Source: a virus. Taken from it: DNA of 64,000 nt. The DNA lies in IMG/VR virus record IMGVR_UViG_3300023179_000104, positions 2,500 to 66,499 of that record. The stretch is one strand, 5' to 3'. How positions within the stretch are numbered: position 1 is the stretch's first letter; each line of letters begins with the position of its first letter. The notes beneath the pieces are model-generated. The model was given only the letters and a program-made list of their open reading frames with translations, had not been told where the DNA came from and made no database searches. The translations under genes and the position numbers were made by a program. Positions 13,028-23,554 of the stretch are shown here, in pieces.

Positions 13028-13047
13028 TTGAAATTTGCTAAAATAGT

Positions 13048-14715
13048 ATGTCTCAAAATCAAGTATATAAAGGTTCGCCTAATCTTAAAGCAGCGAATGT
13101 GCAAATTCAATTCACACCCAAACAAATTGAGGAATGGTTAAAATGTAAAGATAATCCTGTGTATTTTACAAAAAATTATATTAAAATTGTTTCTCTTGAT
13201 GAAGGTTTAGTTCCTTTTGCAATGTGGGATTTTCAAGAGGATATGATTCGTAAATTTCATAAGAACCGTTTTAATATTGCTAAACTTCCTAGACAGACAG
13301 GAAAATCCACCACAGTGGTCTCCTACCTTCTACACTACGCTTTGTTTAATGATAATGTCAATATAGGTATTCTTGCAAACAAACTCTCAACCTCACGAGA
13401 ACTGCTTGGTAGATTGCAGTTGGCATATGAGAACCTTCCTAAGTGGATGCAGCAAGGTATCATATCATGGAATAAAGGTTCATTAGAATTAGAAAATGGT
13501 TCTAAAATTATGGCGGCATCTACCTCAAGTTCTGCTGTGCGAGGAATGTCATTCAATATTATTTTTCTTGACGAATTTGCATTCGTTCCTACGCATATAG
13601 CTGAACAGTTCTTTAGTTCAGTATATCCTACTATTTCTTCTGGTACAAAAACTAAAGTTATTATCATCTCTACACCAAACGGGATGAACATGTTTTACAA
13701 ACTTTGGCATGATGCTGAACGTGGTAAGAACGAATATATTACTACTGAAGTTCACTGGTCTCAAGTTCCTGGAAGAGATGCTAAATGGAAGGAGCAGACA
13801 ATTGCAAACACTTCACAAAGACAATTTACTCAAGAATTTGAATGTGAATTCTTAGGATCAGTTGATACTTTAATTGCCGCAAGCAAACTTCGTACAATGG
13901 TTTATGATGATCCTATTAAATCTTCTGCTGGGTTGGATGTTTACGAAGAACCAAAAGAAGATAACGATTATATTATGACTGTTGACGTTGCCAGAGGAAC
14001 TGGAAACGATTATTCTGCTTTTGTAGTATTTGATATTACAAAATTTCCATATAAAATTGTTGCTAAGTATAGAAATAATGAAATTAAAGCAATTATTTTT
14101 CCCACAATTATTGAGCAAGTAGCAAAATCTTATAATAAAGCATACATTTTAACTGAAGTTAATGATATTGGTGATCAAGTTGCATCAATGATACACTTTG
14201 ATCTTGAGTATGATCACGTTCTTATGTGTGCTATGAGAGGTCGTGCTGGTCAAATTGTTGGTACTGGGTTCTCTGGAAAGAAAACTCAATTAGGAGTAAA
14301 GATGTCCAAAACTGTTAAAAAAATTGGATGCTTAAATTTAAAAACATTTATTGAAGATGATAAGTTAATGATATCAGATTATGATACCATTAGTGAATTA
14401 ACAACTTTTATTCAAAAAAATAATTCATTTGAAGCAGAAGAAGGTTGTCATGATGACCTTGCAATGTGTCTAGTTATTTTTTGTTGGCTTGCTGTTCAAG
14501 ATTACTTCAAAGAAATGACGGACAATGATGTTCGTAAAAGAATTTATGAAGAACAGAAAAATCAAATTGAACAAGATATGTCACCTTTCGGATTTATTTC
14601 TGATGGTTTAAATGATGAAGAAAAAACTTTTGTGGATGTAAATGGTGACCGTTGGTACTTAGATGAATATGGAGATGTGTCAAACGAATTTACTTATATG
14701 AGCACATACCTTTGA
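13048..14715 (+). CDS. gp17: Terminase large subunit gp17
   Basis: Walker A PRQTGKST, Walker B IIFLDEFAF, STPNG, nuclease DVARG and HDDLAM. Confidence 0.98.
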   Translation: MSQNQVYKGSPNLKAANVQIQFTPKQIEEWLKCKDNPVYFTKNYIKIVSLDEGLVPFAMWDFQEDMIRKFHKNRFNIAKLPRQTGKSTTVVSYLLHYALFNDNVNIGILANKLSTSRELLGRLQLAYENLPKWMQQGIISWNKGSLELENGSKIMAASTSSSAVRGMSFNIIFLDEFAFVPTHIAEQFFSSVYPTISSGTKTKVIIISTPNGMNMFYKLWHDAERGKNEYITTEVHWSQVPGRDAKWKEQTIANTSQRQFTQEFECEFLGSVDTLIAASKLRTMVYDDPIKSSAGLDVYEEPKEDNDYIMTVDVARGTGNDYSAFVVFDITKFPYKIVAKYRNNEIKAIIFPTIIEQVAKSYNKAYILTEVNDIGDQVASMIHFDLEYDHVLMCAMRGRAGQIVGTGFSGKKTQLGVKMSKTVKKIGCLNLKTFIEDDKLMISDYDTISELTTFIQKNNSFEAEEGCHDDLAMCLVIFCWLAVQDYFKEMTDNDVRKRIYEEQKNQIEQDMSPFGFISDGLNDEEKTFVDVNGDRWYLDEYGDVSNEFTYMSTYL

Positions 14716-14727
14716 AATAGAGTAATT

Positions 14728-14735
14728 TATAAATA
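14728..14735 (+). promoter_or_regulatory. T4-type late promoter
   Basis: TATAAATA upstream of gp18. Confidence 0.75.
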
Positions 14736-14770
14736 AGTTTAGAATAAAATTTGAACTTTAGGGGTAACAG

Positions 14771-16723
14771 ATGGCAACACAATTATCGCCAGGTATTGTT
14801 GTTCAGGAGCGTGACTTTACAAATTCTCGTCTTCAAGAAACAATTACAAATATTGGAGCTATTGCTGGTCCTTTTACAAAGGGCGAAGTTGGAGTAGCAA
14901 AGCTTATTACAACTGAGAAAGATTTAGTCGCAACATTTGGCAAACCAACTGCCGATAATTATGAATATTGGTTCACTGCTTCTGAGTTTTTGAACTATGG
15001 AGGAAATCTTCAAATAGCAAGAATTTCTTCTTCTAACACATCATATCTTACAAATGCTAATGCAACAGGTGCTGTAGCAAGTGGAATTGCTTCTATAAAA
15101 ATTAATAATCTTTCTGATTATGAAGCAAGTGTAGAAAATACCACTCAAAATTATAGATTTGCTGCAAAAAATCCTGGTTCGTGGGGGAATAGTTTAAAAG
15201 TAGCAATTATTGATAAAGGTGCAGATCAAATTATCACTCTTGCTTCTGGAGTTTCGTTTGCTCAAGGTGCTACTGTAACTAACGGAGTTGCGACTGGTAA
15301 AGCATATGTATCAAACAGTGGCGATACAACTAAAGTTGCTGTTGTATTAAATGCGGGTTCAGTTAAATTTGATTCGGCAACAACTATTTCTGGCGCTTTA
15401 GTTTCTTCAGTAACAGATTGGTACGATGAGCAATATGCTGTTACTGGAACAATTAAATGGAATTCTATTGCTCCACGTCCTGGAACTTCTCCTTATGCAG
15501 CATCTAAAGGTGGTGCTAATGATGAAATTCACGTAGTCGTAATTGATAGTGATGGTTCAATTACAGGATCAGCAAATTCAATTATTGAAAAACTTTTGTA
15601 TCTTTCCAAAGCATCTGATGCTAAAACAACTGAAGGAGAAGTTAACTTTTATAAAAGAGTTATTAAAGGTCGTTCAGAATATGTTTATTTGGGATCACAC
15701 GAAACATCTTATGAATATGAACCTGCGGGATCAGTAGCAATTTCAGATACTGCGCTTGCGTCATCAACGTTTAAATTTGTTGGTCCTAAATCTTATGCAT
15801 TTGCTGCTGGCACTGATTATCAAAATTATAATATAGGAAACGAAACTCAAACTTATATTGATGTTTTTGCTGATGTAGAAACATTGCCTATTGATTATAT
15901 TCTTTCTGGACCAACAACTTCAAGCAAAGCAAGTGCATTAATCAATCTTGCTTCATCTAGAAAAGATTGTATTGCATTTATTTCTCCTAAAAGATCTGAT
16001 CTTATTGGAAGTGATGCTTCTACAACAGCAGCACAGAAAAATAATGTAGTCAAATTTTTTGAATCAATCAGTGATAGTTCTTCTTATGCTGTATTTGATA
16101 ACAATTATAAGTACATTTATGACAGATTTAATGATGTTTATCGTTGGATTCCTTGTAGTGCTGACCTTGCTGGGTTGTGTGTAAATACTTCCGCTATTTC
16201 AGAACCTTGGTATTCTCCTGCTGGTTTCAATAGAGGAAATCTTCGCAACGCAATTAAAATTGCATTCAACCCAAATAAAGATCAAAGAGATGAATTATAT
16301 GCTAAGCGTGTAAATCCAATCGTATCATTTACTGGACAGGGTGTTGTTCTTTATGGAGATAAAACTGCGCTTCGCAGTCCAAGTGCATTTGATAGAATTA
16401 ACGTTCGTCGTTTGTTTCTTATTCTTGAAAGAACAATTAAAGATTTTTCAAAAAATGTTTTGTTTGAATTAAATGATGAAACAACACGCAATAATTTTAC
16501 TACTCAAGTAAACAATTATCTGCGTGATATTCAAGCAAGAAGAGGTCTTACCGATTTCCTTGTAGTTGCTGATGCTTCTAACAATACACCTAGCGTGATT
16601 GACAGAAATGAATTTGTTGCAGACATCTATATCAAGCCAAGTCGCTCTATTAATTTCATTACTCTTTCTTTTGTTGCTACCCGCACTGGAGTAAGTTTTG
16701 ATGAAGTAATCGGCAGAGTTTGA
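14771..16723 (+). CDS. gp18: Tail sheath protein gp18
   Basis: LSPGIVVQERD, PWYSPAGFNRG, FDRINVRRLF, IKPSRSINFI. Confidence 0.97.
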   Translation: MATQLSPGIVVQERDFTNSRLQETITNIGAIAGPFTKGEVGVAKLITTEKDLVATFGKPTADNYEYWFTASEFLNYGGNLQIARISSSNTSYLTNANATGAVASGIASIKINNLSDYEASVENTTQNYRFAAKNPGSWGNSLKVAIIDKGADQIITLASGVSFAQGATVTNGVATGKAYVSNSGDTTKVAVVLNAGSVKFDSATTISGALVSSVTDWYDEQYAVTGTIKWNSIAPRPGTSPYAASKGGANDEIHVVVIDSDGSITGSANSIIEKLLYLSKASDAKTTEGEVNFYKRVIKGRSEYVYLGSHETSYEYEPAGSVAISDTALASSTFKFVGPKSYAFAAGTDYQNYNIGNETQTYIDVFADVETLPIDYILSGPTTSSKASALINLASSRKDCIAFISPKRSDLIGSDASTTAAQKNNVVKFFESISDSSSYAVFDNNYKYIYDRFNDVYRWIPCSADLAGLCVNTSAISEPWYSPAGFNRGNLRNAIKIAFNPNKDQRDELYAKRVNPIVSFTGQGVVLYGDKTALRSPSAFDRINVRRLFLILERTIKDFSKNVLFELNDETTRNNFTTQVNNYLRDIQARRGLTDFLVVADASNNTPSVIDRNEFVADIYIKPSRSINFITLSFVATRTGVSFDEVIGRV

Positions 16724-16759
16724 TTATAAAATAAATAAACATAAGGAGATAATCAAACA

Positions 16760-17359
16760 ATGGCAAACTTAACTCAGTTTAAAGGAAAAATTGGATATGG
16801 CATTCGCCCCAATTTGTTTCAAGTTTCAATTCCAACAGCACCAACAGCAACAACTTTAGCAACAAGTTACGCTGAAAATTTCACATTTCTTTGTCGTTCA
16901 GCTGGTATTCCAGCATCAAGCGTAGGTACTGTAGAAGTTCCTTTTAGAGGAAGAGTTATCAAACTTCCTGGAGATAGAACATTTGAAGCTTGGACAATAA
17001 CTATATTTGGAGACGAGAATTTAAAACTTAGAAGTTATTTTGAGAAATGGTTGGATGTATTAAATGAGCACACAAGTGGTGCTGGTTATACTAATTCAGC
17101 AAATTATTCTGCAACTCTTCAAGTTGATCAATTGTTTAGAGGTAGTGGTAAAGGAAGTCAAACAGGTAATGAAAAACCTCATTCAGTGATTAGATCTTAT
17201 CAATTTATAAATTCTTTTCCAACTAATGTTTCACAAATTGATTTGTCTTATGATAACAATAATAGCATTGCTGAATATACTGTAGAATTTCAATATGATT
17301 ATTGGATTACTTCTGCTGTATCTAATGGAACTGCTACTATCGGTAATGACACTATTTAA
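16760..17359 (+). CDS. gp19: Tail tube protein gp19
   Basis: RPNLF, VPFRGR.IKLPGDRTF..W, FPTNVSQIDLSYD. Confidence 0.96.
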   Translation: MANLTQFKGKIGYGIRPNLFQVSIPTAPTATTLATSYAENFTFLCRSAGIPASSVGTVEVPFRGRVIKLPGDRTFEAWTITIFGDENLKLRSYFEKWLDVLNEHTSGAGYTNSANYSATLQVDQLFRGSGKGSQTGNEKPHSVIRSYQFINSFPTNVSQIDLSYDNNNSIAEYTVEFQYDYWITSAVSNGTATIGNDTI

Positions 17360-17393
17360 ACAAACTAAATAATATAAGGTTTGAAATTATAAA

Positions 17394-19040
17394 ATGGCTG
17401 AATTGTTTGGATTTTCGTTAGATAAAAATAGCGAAAAGAAAAAAAAGCAGCAGGGACAATTATCTCCTGTTGCTCCTAATAATGATGATGGCACTGTAAC
17501 AATCTCTGCTGGAGGTTATTACGGTCAGTATGTTGATATTGAAGGAATTTCAAAAAATGAATTTGAAATGATCCGCAAGTATCGTGAAGTATCTTTACAC
17601 CCAGAAGTAGATGGTGCTATTGATGAAGTAGTAAATGAAGCCATTGTTTCAGATTTAGATGATTCCCCAGTGGAAATTGAATTATCTAATCTTGAAGTTG
17701 GCGAAAATATTAAAAAAAGAATTCGTGAAGAATTTAAAGAAATTAAACGTTTATTGCAATTTGATAAAAAAGCATATCAAATGTTCCGTCGTTGGTATAT
17801 TGATGGAAGATTATATTATCATAAAATAATTGATGTAAATAAACCTGGAGAAGGTATTAAAGAAATTCGTTATATTGATCCTCTTAAAATTAAAAAAATG
17901 AGAGAGGTAAAAAAACCAGACAGACCTCCCACTAATCAATTAGCACAAGTTGATTTTGGTGAAATCAAAGAATATTATTTATTTAATCCTAAAGGTATTT
18001 TTACGAGTACATCTACAGTACAAGGTCCTAGAGATTATATGGGGATCAAAATTTCTATAGATGCTATCACATTTGTTCCTTCTGGATTGATGGATCTTAA
18101 TTTAAATATTCCACTTTCATATCTTCACAAGGCACTTAAAGCGATTAATCAATTGAGAATGATTGAAGATTCTCTAGTTATCTATCGTTTGTCTCGTGCT
18201 CCAGAAAGAAGAATTTTTTATATTGATGTAGGTAATCTTCCTAAAGTAAAAGCAGAACAGTACCTTAGAGAGGTTATGTCGCGCTATAGAAATAAACTTG
18301 TATATGATGCTAGTACAGGCGAAATTCGTGATGACAAGAAATTTATGAGCATGTTAGAGGATTTTTGGCTGCCTCGCAGAGAAGGTGGCAGAGGTACTGA
18401 AATTACTACTCTTCCTGGTGCTCAAAACTTAGGTGAACTTAAAGACGTTGAATATTTCAAAAAAAAACTTTATGGTTCTTTAAATTTACCACCTTCAAGA
18501 GTTGGTGAAGATAATTCTTTTACTATTGGAAAATCTGATAATATTTTAAGAGATGAAATTAAATTTGTTAAATTCGTAGGAAGACTTAGAAAACAATTTG
18601 CGTATTTATTTAATGATATTTTAAAAACTCAATTAGTTCTTAAAAATGTAATTGCATTAGATGATTGGGAAACAATGGAAGAACATATTCAATATGACTT
18701 CTTATTTGACAATCATTTCTCTGAATTAAAAGATATTGAAATGATGAATGAGCGTTTAAATCTTGTAAATCAAGTTCAACCATTCATGGGAGTTTATTTC
18801 TCTAACGAATATGTCAAGAGAGAAATTTTAAAACAAACTGATCAAATTATTGTTGATATGAACAATCAAATTAAATCGGAAAAAAAATCTGGTGAACTTA
18901 TGGATATTCCTATAGCACCAGTAGAACCAGATCCAATGGCAACGCCACCTCCAAAAAATGGACCTAAAGAAACTAAACCAAAAGATTCTTTGAAACCACA
19001 ATCTTCTAATAAGGTTGCGTCAAAAGATTTTATGAAATAA
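17394..19040 (+). CDS. gp20: Portal protein gp20
   Basis: YRLSRAPERRIFYIDVGNLPK, EDFWLPRREGGRGTEITTLPG. Confidence 0.98.
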   Translation: MAELFGFSLDKNSEKKKKQQGQLSPVAPNNDDGTVTISAGGYYGQYVDIEGISKNEFEMIRKYREVSLHPEVDGAIDEVVNEAIVSDLDDSPVEIELSNLEVGENIKKRIREEFKEIKRLLQFDKKAYQMFRRWYIDGRLYYHKIIDVNKPGEGIKEIRYIDPLKIKKMREVKKPDRPPTNQLAQVDFGEIKEYYLFNPKGIFTSTSTVQGPRDYMGIKISIDAITFVPSGLMDLNLNIPLSYLHKALKAINQLRMIEDSLVIYRLSRAPERRIFYIDVGNLPKVKAEQYLREVMSRYRNKLVYDASTGEIRDDKKFMSMLEDFWLPRREGGRGTEITTLPGAQNLGELKDVEYFKKKLYGSLNLPPSRVGEDNSFTIGKSDNILRDEIKFVKFVGRLRKQFAYLFNDILKTQLVLKNVIALDDWETMEEHIQYDFLFDNHFSELKDIEMMNERLNLVNQVQPFMGVYFSNEYVKREILKQTDQIIVDMNNQIKSEKKSGELMDIPIAPVEPDPMATPPPKNGPKETKPKDSLKPQSSNKVASKDFMK

Positions 19041-19062
19041 ATAGAAGGAGAACATTAAAAAA

Positions 19063-19257
19063 ATGACCATTACTAAAGAATTAATTGATAAAATTGTAAA
19101 TGGCAAAAATGTTAATGCTTCAAATGAAGTTATTGATATTTTATATCATAAAGCAATTTCACAATTAGATGATTATAAGCAACAAGTTGCATTACAATTG
19201 ATGAATACAAAAACGGAAGAACAAATTATTAAAAATTCAATCGAAAAAGAAGAATGA
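19063..19257 (+). CDS. Small prohead core-associated protein (gp67/gp68 position)
   Basis: 64-aa helical ORF between portal and protease, with RBS AAGGAG. Confidence 0.65.
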   Translation: MTITKELIDKIVNGKNVNASNEVIDILYHKAISQLDDYKQQVALQLMNTKTEEQIIKNSIEKEE

Positions 19258-19898
19258 AACTTATTGTAGAGCACATTGAGGATATTCAACTTCTCATAGA
19301 AGAAAAAGACGGAAAAGAATATACATATATTCAAGGAGTATTTCTCCAAGGAGATATTAAAAACCGTAATGGTCGTGTATATCCTATGCCTGTACTTCAG
19401 CGAGAAGTAACTAATTATAGTTCAAACTATATTGACAAATCTCGTGCTCTTGGAGAACTCGGACATCCTGATGGACCCACCATCAATCTTGATAGAGTAT
19501 CACATAAAATTGTTGAACTTTATCAAGATGGGTCTAACTTCATTGGCAAGGCAAAACTTCTTGAAACTCCGATGGGTAATATTGCCAAAAATCTTCTTCG
19601 TGAGGGTGTGCAACTAGGAGTTTCTTCTAGAGGCGTTGGCAGTTTAGAATCCAAAGGTGATTCCAATTATGTTCGTGATGATTTTATGCTCACTACTGCT
19701 GCAGATATTGTAGCAGATCCTTCTGCTCCTGATGCATTTGTTAACGGAATTATGGAAGGAAAAGAGTGGGTATGGGATAACGGTATTCTTAAAGAATCTG
19801 AAATTCAAAAAGTGAAAAAAGAATTAGATAAAAGTTCTCGCAATCAACTTGAGGGTAAAATCCTTGAGTCATTTGGAAAACTGTTGTCTAACTTATAA
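19254..19898 (+). CDS. gp21: Prohead protease gp21
   Basis: NRNGRVYP, ALGELGHP, GVSSRGVGS, DIVADPSAPDAFV. Confidence 0.97.
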   Translation: MKLIVEHIEDIQLLIEEKDGKEYTYIQGVFLQGDIKNRNGRVYPMPVLQREVTNYSSNYIDKSRALGELGHPDGPTINLDRVSHKIVELYQDGSNFIGKAKLLETPMGNIAKNLLREGVQLGVSSRGVGSLESKGDSNYVRDDFMLTTAADIVADPSAPDAFVNGIMEGKEWVWDNGILKESEIQKVKKELDKSSRNQLEGKILESFGKLLSNL

Positions 19899-19948
19899 AA
19901 ATAATAAATAACTAGTAGAAAATCAAAGTATCCGTAGGGGTAATTTTA

Positions 19949-21121
19949 ATGGCAAATTCGTTAAACGAGAAATTTGAAGATTTCGTATCAGATAATATTG
20001 ATACAGATACCGTTACAGAAATGAACAACGCTGTAACTGCAGGTGCTGCACCTGCAGAAAAATCACATCTTCCCAGTGCTTCTGGTTCGGATGTTGCTGT
20101 CGCTAATGTAGAACCAATGGCGGCTGGATCCTCTGCCGAATACAATGGCAAATTCGAAAATTCTGGTGCTAAAGCAGCAGCTCCTATCAAAAAATCTAAA
20201 ACTCAAGTTAATGCGGGAGAGGGCGGTCAAGACCCAATGCCTAAACTTGGTTCATCATTTCCAGGTGATCGTAGTGGTAAAGGAACCACTCGTGGTGGCG
20301 GGGAATCAATGCCAACTCTTAAAAAAGAAGAGGTAGAAAAGGAAGATGAAGATAAAGATGAAGATAAAAAAGAAGATAAAAAACTTTATAAAAAAATGAT
20401 GAAGAAGGAAGATGTTGATGTTACCGCTGATATAAATGCACTGGTACAAGGCGAAGATCTTTCGGAAGAATTTAAAGAAAAAGCAACTACAATTTTTGAA
20501 GCTGCTTTAGTTTCAAAAATTAATGAAGAAATTGAAACTATTGAGGAGCAATATATTGCTCAATTAAATGAGCACATTGAAGTGATAAAGGAAGAAATGG
20601 CTGATAAAGTCGATTCATTCCTTAACTATGTTGTAGAACAATGGATTCAGGATAATAAACTTGCTGTTGATTATGGTGTTCGCACCGAAATCGCAGAATC
20701 GTTTATGTCTGCTCTTAAAGGTGTATTTGAAGAACATTACATTGATATGCCTGAAGAGAAGTATGACATGGTTGAGGGCATGACAGAAAAACTTGATGAG
20801 ATGGAACAAAAACTCAACGAACAAATTGAAAAAAATATTGAATTAAATTCTGCTCTTGGAGAATTCATCAAAGAATCAATCGTTACTGAAGTATCCCAAG
20901 GTTTAGCAGATACTCAAAAAGAAAAACTCTTTTCCCTTTCTGCGGGCGTAGAGTTTACTAATGAGGAAACTTATCGTGAAAAAATTGAGACAATTAAAGA
21001 AAATTATTTCCCCAAAACTCAAATTTCCGAATCTGCTGAAGCATCTGATCCAGTAATTGAACAGGAAGTTCCTGCTCATATGGCTGCTTATGTTAATGCA
21101 ATCGCTCGTTATTCTAAATGA
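19949..21121 (+). CDS. gp22: Prohead core scaffold gp22
   Basis: LSEEFKEKATTIFEAA, acidic coiled coil, IKENYF; synteny. Confidence 0.95.
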   Translation: MANSLNEKFEDFVSDNIDTDTVTEMNNAVTAGAAPAEKSHLPSASGSDVAVANVEPMAAGSSAEYNGKFENSGAKAAAPIKKSKTQVNAGEGGQDPMPKLGSSFPGDRSGKGTTRGGGESMPTLKKEEVEKEDEDKDEDKKEDKKLYKKMMKKEDVDVTADINALVQGEDLSEEFKEKATTIFEAALVSKINEEIETIEEQYIAQLNEHIEVIKEEMADKVDSFLNYVVEQWIQDNKLAVDYGVRTEIAESFMSALKGVFEEHYIDMPEEKYDMVEGMTEKLDEMEQKLNEQIEKNIELNSALGEFIKESIVTEVSQGLADTQKEKLFSLSAGVEFTNEETYREKIETIKENYFPKTQISESAEASDPVIEQEVPAHMAAYVNAIARYSK

Positions 21122-21130
21122 TTATTAAAT

Positions 21131-21138
21131 TATAAATA
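21131..21138 (+). promoter_or_regulatory. T4-type late promoter
   Basis: TATAAATA upstream of gp23. Confidence 0.8.
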
Positions 21139-21175
21139 GTTCAAACCTAACAATTCCTAAAGGAGAAAAAAGCAA

Positions 21176-22531
21176 ATGTTCAATACCGAGCATCTGCAGG
21201 AAAAGTGGGCACCCGTTCTGTCTCATGGCAATTTGCCCGAGATCAAAGATCATTATAAAAAGGCTGTCACTTCAATCCTGCTAGAAAACCAAGAAAAATT
21301 CCTCCGTGAGGAAAGAATGCTGACCGAAACAGCACCTACTAATCACGGTCCTATCAATACTGCTACCACTGGTACAGGTAATATTGCTGGTTTCGATCCC
21401 GTACTGATCTCACTGATCCGTCGTTCGATGCCTAATTTGATTGCATATGATATCTGTGGCGTACAACCAATGAACGGTCCTACTGGACTGATCTTTGCAA
21501 TGCGTTCACGTTATGATAATCAAACTGGCACTGAAACCTTCTACAACGAAGTCAATGGTCAGTTCTCTGGTTCACCTTATGTAACCGCTTCTGGTTCAAC
21601 TGGCACTGCACCTACTGGCACCAACCCTGCTGTTCTGAATGACAGTGGTACTTATACCTCTGCTTCAGCAATGAGCACTGCTACTGCAGAATCTTTAGGT
21701 GATGCATACACAAATGCATTCCCTGAAATGGCATTCTCTATTGAGAAAATTGCTGTTACTGCTAAGTCACGCGCTCTGAAAGCAGAATACACCATCGAAC
21801 TCGCACAAGATCTCAAGGCAATTCATGGTCTTGATGCTGAAACTGAATTGGCAAACATTCTGTCTGCTGAAATTTTGACAGAAATTAACCGTGAAGTTGT
21901 TCGTACAGTATTCCGTTCCGCTAAGCCTGGTGCTCAGCAAAACGTTGCCACTCAAGGAACTTTTGATCTTGATATTGACTCCAACGGTCGTTGGTCAGTT
22001 GAGAAGTTTAAGGGTCTTCTGTTCCAAATTGAGCGTGAAATGAACGCTATTGCTAAAGAAACTCGTAGAGGAAAGGGCAACATGCTCATTTGCTCTTCAG
22101 ATGTTGCTTCTGCTCTGTCAATGGCGGGTGTTCTGGATTACACTCCTGCTTTGAATAACAACTTGAACGTTGATGATACTGGCAACACCTTTGTTGGTAC
22201 TTTGAACGGTCGTATTAAAGTTTACATTGATCCTTATTCGGCACTTCCTACAGAAGGAAACACTGCTGCTCAGTTCTACATTGCTGGCTATAAAGGTACT
22301 TCACCTTATGATGCTGGTCTGTTCTACTGCCCATACGTTCCTCTCCAAATGGTTCGTGCAATCGGTCAGGATACATTCCAACCCAAGATTGGCTTTAAGA
22401 CTCGTTACGGAATGGTACTCAATCCATTCTCAAAGGGTGCTACTGCTCTGTCTGATTCAGATCCAATTGCTAATGGAAACCTCTCCACCAACGTTTACTA
22501 TCGTCGTGTAAGAGTTACCAACCTGATGTGA
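21176..22531 (+). CDS. gp23: Major capsid protein gp23
   Basis: FDPVLISLIRR, GVQPMNGPTGLIFAMR, ELAQDLKAIHGLDAE, FQPKIGFKTRYG. Confidence 0.99.
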   Translation: MFNTEHLQEKWAPVLSHGNLPEIKDHYKKAVTSILLENQEKFLREERMLTETAPTNHGPINTATTGTGNIAGFDPVLISLIRRSMPNLIAYDICGVQPMNGPTGLIFAMRSRYDNQTGTETFYNEVNGQFSGSPYVTASGSTGTAPTGTNPAVLNDSGTYTSASAMSTATAESLGDAYTNAFPEMAFSIEKIAVTAKSRALKAEYTIELAQDLKAIHGLDAETELANILSAEILTEINREVVRTVFRSAKPGAQQNVATQGTFDLDIDSNGRWSVEKFKGLLFQIEREMNAIAKETRRGKGNMLICSSDVASALSMAGVLDYTPALNNNLNVDDTGNTFVGTLNGRIKVYIDPYSALPTEGNTAAQFYIAGYKGTSPYDAGLFYCPYVPLQMVRAIGQDTFQPKIGFKTRYGMVLNPFSKGATALSDSDPIANGNLSTNVYYRRVRVTNLM

Positions 22532-22554
22532 TTTAATTCCATACAGGTCATTCT

Positions 22555-22583
22555 AGACCCCTCTCAGGAGGGGTCTTTTTTTT
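22555..22583 (+). terminator. Rho-independent terminator after gp23
   Basis: AGACCCCTC-TCAG-GAGGGGTCT followed by a T tract. Confidence 0.9.
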
Positions 22584-22607
22584 ACCTAAATAATTTTATT
22601 TAAAATA

Positions 22608-23126
22608 ATGTCTCAATCAACTTGGGTTAAAGAAAAAATTAATAATAGAAATTTTTTGGCACCTAATGGATTTAAATTATCATTAATTAATTTTCCTAAA
22701 ATTTCTTTTTATTGTCAATCAGCAAACATTCCTGGAATTTCTATTCCTGAAATTACTATTCCAACACCATTTAGAGATTATCCAGTTGCTGGCACTGAAA
22801 CTGAATATGAAGATCTTAGAGTAAATTTTCTAGTAGATGAAGATATGACTAATTACTGCACCATTCATAAATGGTTGCGTAAAACTGGTCTTGCAGAAAC
22901 TTTTGATGAATATGAAAATCCACTAGAAGGTCAAGGTATTTTAGAAATTTTAAATAGTAATTGGAGACCTAATATTACTATTGAGTATGATGATCTTTTT
23001 CCAGTTTCCATAACTCCTTTGGAGTTTGATGCTACAAATACAACCGTAGAATATCTTACTGCTGCGGCGGTCTTTAAATATAAGATATATAGAATTAAGA
23101 ACAAAAATGGAGATGTTATTTCATAA
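22608..23126 (+). CDS. gp3: Tail tube terminator/completion protein gp3
   Basis: NFLAPNGF, FYCQSANIPGI, FLVDEDMTNY..IHKW. Confidence 0.9.
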   Translation: MSQSTWVKEKINNRNFLAPNGFKLSLINFPKISFYCQSANIPGISIPEITIPTPFRDYPVAGTETEYEDLRVNFLVDEDMTNYCTIHKWLRKTGLAETFDEYENPLEGQGILEILNSNWRPNITIEYDDLFPVSITPLEFDATNTTVEYLTAAAVFKYKIYRIKNKNGDVIS

Positions 23127-23554
23127 TGAATTTTGAAGATATTATGAAAATGTGGGAACAGGATTCAAAAATTGATCCAATAGAACTTGATACTGCTTCT
23201 ATTAATATACCATCACTACACGCCAAATATTTAAAAATTTTTTCAGATTATCGTTTTAAAAAAAAACAAGCAACTTTGCAAATGAAGCAATTAGTTCGAC
23301 ATAAATTTGAATATTATACAGGTAAAGCAAGTGCAGAAGAATATAAAAATAACCCATTTGATTTAAAAATTTTAAAATCAGATTTAAATCTTTATATTGA
23401 ATCTGATGAAGAAATTAAAAATTTACAATTAAGAATAGATCAATATGAAATCATTATTGATTATCTCGATGGGGTAATTAAAATGCTCAACAATAGATCT
23501 TATCAAATTAAAAACGCCATTCAATGGAAAACTTATATTGAAGGAATTACTTAA
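23126..23554 (+). CDS. uvsY: Recombination mediator UvsY
   Basis: W..DS.ID, IPSLHAKY, YYTGKA, RSYQIKNAI.W. Confidence 0.93.
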   Translation: MNFEDIMKMWEQDSKIDPIELDTASINIPSLHAKYLKIFSDYRFKKKQATLQMKQLVRHKFEYYTGKASAEEYKNNPFDLKILKSDLNLYIESDEEIKNLQLRIDQYEIIIDYLDGVIKMLNNRSYQIKNAIQWKTYIEGIT